From a virus, in the IMG/VR virus record IMGVR_UViG_3300009360_000004: a stretch of 42,338 nucleotides of DNA; one strand, given 5' to 3'. Every line of letters starts with the position of its first letter. Positions within the stretch are counted from its first letter, which is position 1. Under the pieces are notes generated by a model. That model was not told the origin of the DNA. It made no database searches and saw only the letters and a list, made by a program, of their open reading frames with translations. The translations under genes and the position numbers were made by a program. Positions 33,528 to 42,073 of this stretch are shown in pieces.

Positions 33528-33959
33528 ATGAATGATTCGTTGTGGGATATCGTTTTTCGAGTCGTGGAGGGTCGAATGCTGGCCCCGAAACAGGTCCATA
33601 AACTCTGGGCCTCACGCGAGACGATCGAGCGACACACCGAAAGTATGATCTTTTCCACCTCGTCCATAATATACCTCCAGAAGGACCGCATTGAACCAAA
33701 CGAGAAGATCACGAAAGACGCCTCAGCGGTCCGGGTGTTGGAAATCATGGACGGAGCGATGGAGTCTCTCGCGGATGAAGATCGCCGGGCATGGGGGTGG
33801 AGGTACTCCGAGGGGATGACACTTGAAGAGGTAGGCCAGATGATCGCCGATGCGCCGAGAGGGTGTGACAACGCAGGGAGGTTCTGGAGAGTGAAGGCGT
33901 TGCGAAAACTCGATCATATTGCGTTGATACTGGCCAGGAAGATGTGGAGAGGAGCATAA
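33528..33959 (+). CDS. Sigma-70 region-4-like HTH protein (putative late-gene regulator or small-terminase-like)
   Basis: ATG 33528 after caggagtgggg RBS; MTLEEVGQMIADA...RFWRVKALRKL resembles sigma-70 region 4. Confidence 0.45.
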   Translation: MNDSLWDIVFRVVEGRMLAPKQVHKLWASRETIERHTESMIFSTSSIIYLQKDRIEPNEKITKDASAVRVLEIMDGAMESLADEDRRAWGWRYSEGMTLEEVGQMIADAPRGCDNAGRFWRVKALRKLDHIALILARKMWRGA

Positions 33960-34032
33960 TTTCACCCACGCCACAGCCACTTGCTATTTTTGAAACAAGT
34001 GTGCTAAAATATGTTAGTGCTAAAAAACTGAG

Positions 34033-34066
34033 AAGGCCCGAGAGGGCCCGAGAGGGCCTTTTTTCA
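34033..34066 (+). terminator. Rho-independent terminator with tandemly duplicated hairpin
   Basis: ggcccgagagggcccgagagggcc followed by tttttt. Confidence 0.55.
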
Positions 34067-34131
34067 TGTAAACTCACACGGCTTTAATCCCGTGAAATAA
34101 GGCTCAGTAACTTACTAGAGGGAGGGTGCGA

Positions 34132-34518
34132 ATGAAAGTAACTATCGAGCAAGTTGCAGCAATTTGTCACGAAGTAAACAGGGCTTATGTTAATGCAACG
34201 GAGGGTAAAGACGTTCAACCGTGGCACTTAGCGCCACAGTGGCAAAAAGATTCCGCGATTGATGGCGTTAGGTATGCGTCTGAACATCCCGATAACACAC
34301 CAGAGAAAATGCACGATCGCTGGATGAAATATAGGCTGGCTAATGGTTGGGTTTATGGGGAGACTAAAGACGATGAAAAAAAGACCCATCCGTGTTTAGT
34401 TCCTTACTACGAGCTATCGGAGGCACAAAAGGCGAAAGACTATCTCTTTGATGCCGTTGTGAAAGCAGCTATGAATTATCTGAATTGCGACTTCTGCCCA
34501 CCAGCAGGTCGTCTATAA
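34132..34518 (+). CDS. RyR (ryanodine-receptor) domain protein
   Basis: ATG 34132 after agagggaggg RBS; HDRWMKYRLANGWVYGETKDDEKKTHPCLVPYYELSEAQKAKDY matches the RyR-domain signature (W...GW.YG...D..K.HP.LVP...L.E..K..D). Confidence 0.6.
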   Translation: MKVTIEQVAAICHEVNRAYVNATEGKDVQPWHLAPQWQKDSAIDGVRYASEHPDNTPEKMHDRWMKYRLANGWVYGETKDDEKKTHPCLVPYYELSEAQKAKDYLFDAVVKAAMNYLNCDFCPPAGRL

Positions 34519-34580
34519 TCACTACTGCTGGTTTGGTAAAGCCGAACAGGTTTATTCCACGGAAATAAAGTTATAAGGCT

Positions 34581-34652
34581 AGGCACGTAGCGCAATGGCA
34601 GCGCATCCGTCTCATAAACGGAAGGGTAGCGGTTCGAATCCGTTCGTGCCAC
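34581..34652 (+). tRNA. tRNA with CAU anticodon (tRNA-Met or lysidine-modified tRNA-Ile2 type)
   Basis: Hand-folded cloverleaf: 6 bp acceptor stem plus A1-A72 mismatch, D arm gcgc/aatggca/gcgc, anticodon arm tccgt-ctCATaa-acgga, variable loop agggt, T arm agcgg-ttcgaat-ccgtt. Confidence 0.6.
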
Positions 34653-34784
34653 GGCCTTTATTTGTGTTACCCACGTGGTGCGGCTGTGTTGGGGGGGTGC
34701 CCCACTCATGGTCGCAGCTGCTTGGAGCATATACTTTGCCAGATACGGCCAAGCACGTAGAAAAGCTGGCAGAACGCAGTGTTC

Positions 34785-34809
34785 GGGGAGCCTTCGGGCT
34801 CCCTTTTTA
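34785..34809 (+). terminator. Rho-independent terminator
   Basis: gggagcc-ttcg-ggctccc hairpin followed by ttttt. Confidence 0.55.
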
Positions 34810-34821
34810 TTGGAGGTCATT

Positions 34822-34998
34822 TTGAGTCAGGCCATACAATGCGACGAATGTGGAAAGACTGCACATATGACCCATCACTGGCACAAGCTCGACGGGCTGG
34901 ACTTCTGCTCGTGGAAGTGTGTGCGAAGGTTTGCGAATCGAAGGATCAAACAGGATCGGGAGTATCAGAGAGAGAAAGAAGGGATTGAATGCAGATAG
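34822..34998 (+). CDS. Small zinc-binding protein
   Basis: 58 aa from TTG 34822, 5 nt after tggaggt RBS; CDECGK ... CSWKC. Confidence 0.4.
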   Translation: MSQAIQCDECGKTAHMTHHWHKLDGLDFCSWKCVRRFANRRIKQDREYQREKEGIECR

Positions 34999-36155
34999 AA
35001 AAGAAGAAAGTCTCCGACTTAAAGTGTGCTCCATACAACCCGCGAAAGATTGACGACAAAGAGCTTGCAAAACTAAAACGAAGCATCACCGAGTTTGGTT
35101 ATGTAGAACCTATTGTCTGGAATAAACGCTCGGGCTTCGTTGTGGGAGGTAATCAGAGACTCAAGGCATTACGTGAGCTTGAAATAGAGGAAGCCGATGT
35201 CGTGGTTGTTGACCTTGACGACGCAAAGGAGAAAGCTCTCAATGTCGCCTTGAATAAAATCTCTGGCGAGTGGGACTTCATCAAGCTAAAGGACGTATTG
35301 ACTGACATTGACACAGGAGACTTTGACATAGAGCTGACTGGGTTTGATTTGGATGAGATAGGAGAATTGATAGCTTTCGACAAAGAACCTGAAGAAGATG
35401 GTTTCGACGTAGACGCTGCATTAGAAAACACAGAAGAACCCGTGACAAAACGCGGTGACATTTACCTGCTTGGAAAACATCGCCTGATGTGCGGGGACTC
35501 AACTATCAAAGAAGATGTCGAGAAGCTGATGGATGGTAAGAAAGCGGATATGGTGTTCACTGACCCGCCTTATGGGGTGAATTACGATGGCGGCACTAAA
35601 CTACGAAACAAATTAGCGGGCGATGATACCACCGATTTGTACGAGCCTTGCTGCAAAATGGCACGCGATTTCTCGACGAACGAAGCGGCTTTGTATCTTT
35701 GGCACGCAGGGGTGAAAGGGATAGCAGCCGCAGCCGCAGCCGCAGATTGGGTCATTCGTTGTGAGATAGTTTGGAATAAAAACCATGCACAATTCGGCGC
35801 GTTGTCGGCACAGTACAAACAAAAGCACGAGCCTTGTTATTATTGCTACAAAAAAGGAAAGACGGTAAATTGGTGTGGGCCGAAAAACGAAGTAACGGTG
35901 TGGGACGTTGACAGAGCGTTGGTGAATGAATACCATCCCACACAGAAGCCGGTGGAGTTGGCAAAACGCGCTATTCAAAACCACAAAGCGGATTTGGTAC
36001 TCGACTTATTCGGCGGCTCAGGCTCAACACTCATAGCTTGTGAACAGCTCAACCGCATCTGCTACATGATAGAAATTGACGAGCGATACTGCGATGTAAT
36101 CGTAAAGCGTTGGGAAGAATTCACAGGCAAGAAAGCTCAATTGATGAGGAAGTGA
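34989..36155 (+). CDS. ParB-like nuclease domain fused to DNA N6-adenine/N4-cytosine methyltransferase
   Basis: 388 aa; C-terminal motif IV FTDPPYG precedes motif I LDLFGGSGST; N-terminal ~120 aa is ParB/Srx-like. Confidence 0.7.
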   Translation: MQIEKKKVSDLKCAPYNPRKIDDKELAKLKRSITEFGYVEPIVWNKRSGFVVGGNQRLKALRELEIEEADVVVVDLDDAKEKALNVALNKISGEWDFIKLKDVLTDIDTGDFDIELTGFDLDEIGELIAFDKEPEEDGFDVDAALENTEEPVTKRGDIYLLGKHRLMCGDSTIKEDVEKLMDGKKADMVFTDPPYGVNYDGGTKLRNKLAGDDTTDLYEPCCKMARDFSTNEAALYLWHAGVKGIAAAAAAADWVIRCEIVWNKNHAQFGALSAQYKQKHEPCYYCYKKGKTVNWCGPKNEVTVWDVDRALVNEYHPTQKPVELAKRAIQNHKADLVLDLFGGSGSTLIACEQLNRICYMIEIDERYCDVIVKRWEEFTGKKAQLMRK

Positions 36156-36159
36156 TTTT

Positions 36160-36486
36160 ATGGCTGGCAGACCGAAAAAGAAAATAGACTATGAGCTTGT
36201 CGAGAAGCTGGCCTATATTCAGTGTACACAAGAAGAAATCAGCTCGATTCTTGGCATATCGACAAGGACTCTTCAGAGAGACAAAGAATTTTGTCGCATA
36301 TATAAAAACGGAATGGACAACGGGAAGATGTCTCTAAGGCGGTTACAGTGGAAGGCCGCAGAAAAAGGCAATAACACAATGCTAGTTTGGCTCGGTAAAC
36401 AGTACCTCGGCCAGACAGACAAGCAAGAGATGGCTCACTCTGGCAGCCTCGACATCACTGTGGACGTGGTTGAAGATGGCGATTAA
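36160..36486 (+). CDS. terS: Terminase small subunit
   Basis: 108 aa; MAGRPKKKIDYELVEKLAYIQCTQEEISSILGISTRTLQRD is a typical HTH-type small terminase N-terminus; directly upstream of the large subunit. Confidence 0.65.
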   Translation: MAGRPKKKIDYELVEKLAYIQCTQEEISSILGISTRTLQRDKEFCRIYKNGMDNGKMSLRRLQWKAAEKGNNTMLVWLGKQYLGQTDKQEMAHSGSLDITVDVVEDGD

Positions 36487-37684
36487 AATTCACACCCGCA
36501 TATTCAACAAGGCTTTCAAACCGTATCTCGACAACCGCTCGCGCTACGAGATCTTCTACGGTGGCGCAGGTTCGGGCAAGTCGATGTTTATCGCCCAGAG
36601 ACTCGTCCTTCGTGCAATGAAGGAGAAAGGTCACAAGTTTCTCATAGTCAGGAAGGTCGCAAAGACGAACCGGCATTCGACGTTCGCGCTTATCATGGGG
36701 ATTCTCAGGGTATGGAAGGTTCTCGGACTTTTCAAAGTCAACAAGTCCGACATGGAGATCGGCTGTCTGAATGGCAATCAAGTCATCTTCACCGGTCTTG
36801 ACGACGTGGAAAAGCTCAAGTCGATCGCGGGTATCACGGACATCTGGGTCGAAGAAGCGAGCGAGATCACGCAGGAAGACTTCCAGCAGCTTGACTTGCG
36901 ACTCAGGGGCAAGACTCAATGGCCGCTGCAAATCACAATGACATTCAATCCGGTGTCGGCTTTGAGCTGGTTGAAGGCTTTCTTCTTCGATGAACCGAAA
37001 GAGAACTGTGTCATCCACAAATCGACGTACAAAGACAATCGTTTCCTGGACGACGAATATAAGAAAGTCATAGAAGACTTGAAAAATCAGGATCACACGT
37101 ACTATCAGATATACGGACTCGGTGAATGGGGTGTTCTCGGAAACCTCGTCTTCCACAACTACGTGTTCGAAGACATTCCCTACAAAGAGCAAGACTTTGA
37201 CGCTGTTTATCAGGGCCTCGACTTTGGCTTCAATCATCCCTCGGCTCTCGTTCGTGTGGGATTCAAAGACGATGAACTCTACGTCTTCGACGAGCTGTAC
37301 GAGAAAGGGCTCACGAACGCGGAACTCATTCAGGAAGTCGGCAGGATGATCGACAAGCGTTCGCAGCTCATAGCGGACTCAGCCGAACCCGCGAGAATCA
37401 AAGAGTTTCAGCAGTCTGGTTTCAGAATCAGCGGTTCGGTCAAGGGCAAAGGTTCTGTGAAAGATGGTATCGACTGGCTCAAGAGACACAAGATCCACAT
37501 CTCGAAGAAGTGCCCAAACCTGCTTGCTGAGATTCAGCAATACAGCTACAAAGAAGACAAAGACGGCAATGTCTTGGATGAACCGATCGAATTCAAAGAC
37601 GACGCGATCGCGGCACTTAGATATGCGATCGAACCTGTGAGACTGAGACGCAAAATCACAGCCGGATACTCGGCGTGGAGGTAA
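36476..37684 (+). CDS. terL: Terminase large subunit (PBSX/Terminase_3-like)
   Basis: ATG 36476 (track ORF starts TTG 36470); Walker A YGGAGSGKS; acidic C-terminal nuclease-type region; followed by portal gene. Confidence 0.8.
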   Translation: MAIKIHTRIFNKAFKPYLDNRSRYEIFYGGAGSGKSMFIAQRLVLRAMKEKGHKFLIVRKVAKTNRHSTFALIMGILRVWKVLGLFKVNKSDMEIGCLNGNQVIFTGLDDVEKLKSIAGITDIWVEEASEITQEDFQQLDLRLRGKTQWPLQITMTFNPVSALSWLKAFFFDEPKENCVIHKSTYKDNRFLDDEYKKVIEDLKNQDHTYYQIYGLGEWGVLGNLVFHNYVFEDIPYKEQDFDAVYQGLDFGFNHPSALVRVGFKDDELYVFDELYEKGLTNAELIQEVGRMIDKRSQLIADSAEPARIKEFQQSGFRISGSVKGKGSVKDGIDWLKRHKIHISKKCPNLLAEIQQYSYKEDKDGNVLDEPIEFKDDAIAALRYAIEPVRLRRKITAGYSAWR

Positions 37685-37687
37685 ATC

Positions 37688-39046
37688 ATGGACCTTAACA
37701 CAATTCGCGAACTCATACGAATCAACGGTGAAGTAACTTCACAGATAATCACGGATCTCATAGATGAACACAGCGGCAGACATGAGACGATGAAGAGCCT
37801 GTATGAGAGATACAAAGCGTCCGAGGCCGGTGTCCCTATCTTCACGCGCTCATATTCGGTCGCGGACGACACGAAGATAAACAGAAAGCTGAACAACGAC
37901 TTCTTCTCGGAGATCATCGACACGAAGGTCGGGTACTTCATGGGGATCCCGACAGTGTACGAAGCGAACTCGAAAGACTTCGAGGACTTCGAGTTGAGAA
38001 ACCGGCTGGAACTTCTCGACTCGGAAACCGTGAAGCTGGCCACGATCTGTGGCACGGCCGCGAGACTTCTGTATGTCGATACCGAGGCGAAGATCCGCGC
38101 TATGAACACCTGGCCCTGGGAATGCATCTGGGTGATGGACCGCTCGATCGACGAGGTCCAGTTCGCTCTCAGATACTACGATATGGAGTATGTCAAACCT
38201 GACGGCTCGACAGAAACAAGGGAACGGGTCGAGTGGTATGACAAAGAGAAGGTAACATACTACACCAAGACCGAGAATGGCTACGTCCTGGACGACACGG
38301 AAAAACTTAATCCGCAGACTCACTTCTTCAGTTATGTTCCTCTGATCGAGTACCCAAACAACCTTGAACGTCTGGGTGACTCTGAGAAGGTTCTCAGTCT
38401 CATAGACGCTTACGACCGTAAAGAGTCAGACCTCGACTCCGAGCTTGAGCAATGGAGGCTGGCGTACATGAAGGCGATAGGTGCCGACATCACGAGGGAA
38501 GTTGTGGAGGTTGCGAAGCGCACGGGGGCTTTCAATCTCCCCGAAGGCGCGGATCTTGCCTTTATCGAGAAAAATATAAATGTTGCTGCGATAGACTCAC
38601 ATCTGAACAGACTTGAAGCCAACATTCTCAGATTCTCCAAGTCTGTCAACTTCGCCGACAAAGAATTCACCAGCGACATCTCGGGCGAGTCGAGAAAGTA
38701 CAAGCTCCTGTCGCTTGAGAACAAGTGCATCACGACAGAGCGACAGTTCTCGGCGAGCAATCAGAGAATGTTCAAGGTCCTGGCCTCGGCTCCGGCGTTC
38801 AACTTCGACTGGCTGAATGTCACGCAGAGGTTCACTCGAAACCTTCCCGTCAGTCTGGAGAAAGACGCTCAGATCCTCGCCGCGCTCAAGGGCATCGTGC
38901 CGGATGAGATTCTATACTCCCTCGCTTCGTTCATCGACGATCCGAAAGAGGTCATCAAAATGATGGACGAGCAGAGAGAGAAAGAAATGAGCTACTACCC
39001 GCCGGTAAACCTCGAAGAGGATGAGGAAGATGGCGCTAACAACTAA
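37688..39046 (+). CDS. Portal protein (SPP1 gp6-like)
   Basis: 452 aa, RBS ggaggt; size and position between terminase and head-morphogenesis genes. Confidence 0.7.
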   Translation: MDLNTIRELIRINGEVTSQIITDLIDEHSGRHETMKSLYERYKASEAGVPIFTRSYSVADDTKINRKLNNDFFSEIIDTKVGYFMGIPTVYEANSKDFEDFELRNRLELLDSETVKLATICGTAARLLYVDTEAKIRAMNTWPWECIWVMDRSIDEVQFALRYYDMEYVKPDGSTETRERVEWYDKEKVTYYTKTENGYVLDDTEKLNPQTHFFSYVPLIEYPNNLERLGDSEKVLSLIDAYDRKESDLDSELEQWRLAYMKAIGADITREVVEVAKRTGAFNLPEGADLAFIEKNINVAAIDSHLNRLEANILRFSKSVNFADKEFTSDISGESRKYKLLSLENKCITTERQFSASNQRMFKVLASAPAFNFDWLNVTQRFTRNLPVSLEKDAQILAALKGIVPDEILYSLASFIDDPKEVIKMMDEQREKEMSYYPPVNLEEDEEDGANN

Positions 39047-39950
39047 GGGCGCTTTCGACGACTTCGAGCGATGGTACGACGGCTTCACGAAGCGGCAGTT
39101 GAAGGAACTGGAGAAAGCCTACCGCGAGTCGCTCAAGGTCACAAAAGAGGAACTCGAGAAATACTACAAGACTTTCTCGAGAGGTGGCAAACTCACACTG
39201 GCCGAGATGCAGAAGTACGACCGGCTTCGAAAGATGCAGAAAGATCTCGACGCCGCGATTCTCGATCTCTCGCGTACCCAGGCGAAAGAGGTCCTGACTC
39301 TTCTATCTGAGGTTTATTTTGAAGGCTACAACCGCATGGGCTGGCTTGCAGAACAGGCGACAGGAATCAACCTCAGATGGTACGTACTGCCGAAAGACTT
39401 CATCAAGAAAGCGATTCAAAATCCGGTGTCTGGCCTGACCCTGAACGAAGTCCTCGAAAAGAACAGACAGGAGATCCTCTGGCGCATCCGCCAGGAAGTC
39501 ACGCAAGGTTTGATAAAAGGTGAGAGCTACTTCGACACGGCCAAACGGCTCAAGGAAGCGCTCGAAGGGAACTATGCGAAAGCCCAGAGAATAGTCTGGA
39601 CCGAGAGTCACAGGTGTAAGGAACAGGCGCAACTCGAAGCACACCAGAGGTTGAAAGAAAAAGGAGTCGATGTCAAGAGGATGTGGGTGGCCACCCTTGA
39701 TAATAAGACTCGCGACACCCACGGCGAACTTGATGGTCAGATAGATGACAAAGATGGATACTTTCACGTTCGGGGCATGACAACCAAAGCTCCTGGAATG
39801 TTTGGCATAGCGAGCGAGGATTGTAATTGCAGATGCGCTGCAATAGAGATCTTCGAGGGCAGCGAACCTCGCACGAGAATGATTCAGGGTAAGGGGATAA
39901 GCGATTACATAACATACAGTGAATGGAAGAGACAGCAAAAGGAGGGATAG
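39030..39950 (+). CDS. Head morphogenesis protein (SPP1 gp7 / Mu F-like minor capsid protein)
   Basis: ATG 39030 (or 39021); C-terminal RMWVATLDNKTRDTHGELDGQ...NCRC matches the Phage_Mu_F signature. Confidence 0.75.
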   Translation: MALTTKGAFDDFERWYDGFTKRQLKELEKAYRESLKVTKEELEKYYKTFSRGGKLTLAEMQKYDRLRKMQKDLDAAILDLSRTQAKEVLTLLSEVYFEGYNRMGWLAEQATGINLRWYVLPKDFIKKAIQNPVSGLTLNEVLEKNRQEILWRIRQEVTQGLIKGESYFDTAKRLKEALEGNYAKAQRIVWTESHRCKEQAQLEAHQRLKEKGVDVKRMWVATLDNKTRDTHGELDGQIDDKDGYFHVRGMTTKAPGMFGIASEDCNCRCAAIEIFEGSEPRTRMIQGKGISDYITYSEWKRQQKEG

Positions 39951-40042
39951 TGAGCGAAATTTAGAAAGGTCTTAGAGAAAATCACGATTTTTAATTACAA
40001 CACTCTGAGGGCATATGGCACTCGGAGGGACAGGAGATATAT

Positions 40043-40657
40043 ATGGAACTCAAAGAAGCATTGGAACTGATAGGCAAGAACCTCGAAGCACCTGAGGTCA
40101 AGGAATTCACGACGAAGTTCAACCCGTTGGCGACCGTCACCAAAGACAATGTGGGTGAATTTGTCGAGAAAAACGACGTGCTGAAAAGCTACCGCGATTC
40201 TCACGTCACAAAGGGGATCGAGACCTGGAAGAGCAACAACCTCGACAAGATCGTGGAAGAGAAGCTCAAGACGCTAAATCCTACCGAAACTCCAGAACAG
40301 AAGAAGATCAGGGAGTTGGAAGCCCGACTCAACGAAGAATCGGCAGCGAGAAAGAAGGAAAGCCTCAAGAATCTTGCCATCAAGAAGCTCACCGAAAAGA
40401 AGCTCCCTGTTGACATAGTCGACAACCTGATCGGTTCTGACGAGGAGAGCACGGAGAAGACACTCACGGCGTATGAGCAGGCTTTGGAGAGCTACAAAAA
40501 AGCGCTCACGGAGCAACTGCTCAAAAATAACGGTCGAGATCCCATCAACCCCGATCCCGCGCCGGGAATGATAACCCGCGAGCAGGCGAGGGAAATGGCC
40601 AAGAAAGACCCAGCCAAGTTCAACAAGTTGTTCGAAGAAGGAAAAATCAAACTCTAA
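40043..40657 (+). CDS. Scaffolding protein
   Basis: 204 aa, K/E-rich coiled coil, RBS ggagggacaggag; immediately upstream of the capsid gene. Confidence 0.6.
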   Translation: MELKEALELIGKNLEAPEVKEFTTKFNPLATVTKDNVGEFVEKNDVLKSYRDSHVTKGIETWKSNNLDKIVEEKLKTLNPTETPEQKKIRELEARLNEESAARKKESLKNLAIKKLTEKKLPVDIVDNLIGSDEESTEKTLTAYEQALESYKKALTEQLLKNNGRDPINPDPAPGMITREQAREMAKKDPAKFNKLFEEGKIKL

Positions 40658-40672
40658 GGAAGGTGAAAAGCA

Positions 40673-41515
40673 ATGCCAATTGACAACTTTATTCCCGAGA
40701 TATGGAGCACTAGACTCATGCGGCATCTCGACAAGAATCTCGTGTTCAAGCAACTCGTGAATACAGATTACGAAGGCGAGATTAAAGCCGCCGGAGATAC
40801 AGTTAGAATCAACCAGATAGGCAACATTACAGTAAAGCCTTACGTTAAAAACGTCGCGATCGCGGATCCCGACCAGCTCGATTCCGCCCAACAGCTCCTG
40901 CTCATCGACCAGCTCCACTATTACAACTTCTACGTCGATGACGTGGACGCCGCCCAGTCGAACGTGACGCTCATGGATAAAGCTATGGCCAGAGCGGCAT
41001 ACGCTCTTGCGGACCTGATCGACCAGGATGTCGCGGGTCTTCACGGAGACGCAGGCATAACGATGGACGACGGCGGGGCCGCCTACTCTGTGGGAAACGG
41101 AGCGGGAGATGAAAACCCCTACGACCTCATAGTCGATGTTGGTGTCGAGATGGATGAGCACAACGTTCCCAGAGAGGGCAGATGGATAGTCATTCCGCCC
41201 TGGTATCACGGAGTCCTTTTGAAGGATGACGACTACAAGCAGGCATGGCAGAACTACATGGCCACAGGAGTCGTCCCCGTAGTCGCCGGATTCTCTGTGC
41301 TCTGGTCCAACAACCTCGATATCGCAGCCGGAGGCACCGACTACCACGTCCTTGCCGGGACCAGAGAGGCCATCAGCTTCGCCGGTCAGGTCAACAAGAC
41401 CGAGGCGTACAGAGTCGAGAAGATGTTCGCGGACGCGATCAAGGGACTCTACGTGTACGGCCGCAAAGTCGTTCAGCCCACTTGCCTCGTCGATCTTCTT
41501 GTGGCAAAGGCTTAA
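40673..41515 (+). CDS. Major capsid protein (putative)
   Basis: 280 aa, RBS aaggaaggtga; position after scaffold and followed by a strong terminator one gene later; no family-specific motif recognised. Confidence 0.55.
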   Translation: MPIDNFIPEIWSTRLMRHLDKNLVFKQLVNTDYEGEIKAAGDTVRINQIGNITVKPYVKNVAIADPDQLDSAQQLLLIDQLHYYNFYVDDVDAAQSNVTLMDKAMARAAYALADLIDQDVAGLHGDAGITMDDGGAAYSVGNGAGDENPYDLIVDVGVEMDEHNVPREGRWIVIPPWYHGVLLKDDDYKQAWQNYMATGVVPVVAGFSVLWSNNLDIAAGGTDYHVLAGTREAISFAGQVNKTEAYRVEKMFADAIKGLYVYGRKVVQPTCLVDLLVAKA

Positions 41516-41526
41516 GAGGTGACATC

Positions 41527-42036
41527 ATGAGAAAACTTGCAACCCTGCTTGTTGTTATCGCCCTCCTGGTCGGAGGGCTTACTTTTGGCACGACCATCAC
41601 GGCCACGCCGGTTGAGGTTACGGGCCTCGATTTCGTGGAGTTTGACCTGAGCGGCATGACTTCCCTCACGCTGGTGGCTACGACCTCGACCAACGTCTCG
41701 ACGGACACATACGCCTGTACATTCAATTTCGCATATGACTCGCCGCGGATAGGTATTATGTTTGGAATCGATCCTGAGCTCTCTGATGCCTCGCCCACAG
41801 CTTACGCCACCAGTATAGTTATTGAAATTCTCCCGGGCGACTTTGGAGGTGCATCAAAAGGATCGCTGAGCACTACGCTCACCGGCACGGACACCACAAG
41901 TCTCCTGCTCGGGCCACTCGAAACCTTCCAGTTTTTGAAGTCGGGAGGCTATATTTCGGTGAAAGTCACCTGGAACGCAGTAGCTACGAACGGCGTGCCT
42001 ACTGTCGAGGTATATCTATTCAAGTTCGAATATTAA
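41527..42036 (+). CDS. Secreted/membrane-anchored protein with N-terminal hydrophobic signal-like segment (capsid-module accessory)
   Basis: 169 aa from ATG 41527 (RBS aagaggtga); N-terminus MRKLATLLVVIALLVGGLTFGTT; the track ORF from 41245 overlaps the capsid gene and is rejected. Confidence 0.5.
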   Translation: MRKLATLLVVIALLVGGLTFGTTITATPVEVTGLDFVEFDLSGMTSLTLVATTSTNVSTDTYACTFNFAYDSPRIGIMFGIDPELSDASPTAYATSIVIEILPGDFGGASKGSLSTTLTGTDTTSLLLGPLETFQFLKSGGYISVKVTWNAVATNGVPTVEVYLFKFEY

Positions 42037-42040
42037 CGAA

Positions 42041-42062
42041 GGGGCCTAGACGGCCCCTTTTT
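42041..42062 (+). terminator. Rho-independent terminator after the capsid operon
   Basis: ggggcc-tagac-ggcccc hairpin followed by ttttt. Confidence 0.6.
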
Positions 42063-42073
42063 GGAGGTGCTAT

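Noticed and set aside
34581-34652. Considered calling the CAU tRNA an initiator tRNA because of the unpaired 1-72 position
   Set aside because: The anticodon stem (tccgt/acgga) lacks the three consecutive G-C pairs characteristic of bacterial initiators; the mismatch may also reflect a boundary or folding uncertainty in hand analysis.
41245-41526. N-terminal extension of ORF 41245-42036 overlapping the major capsid gene
   Set aside because: Arg-rich out-of-frame overlap with the capsid gene; RBS and ATG at 41527 give a sensible start right after the capsid stop.
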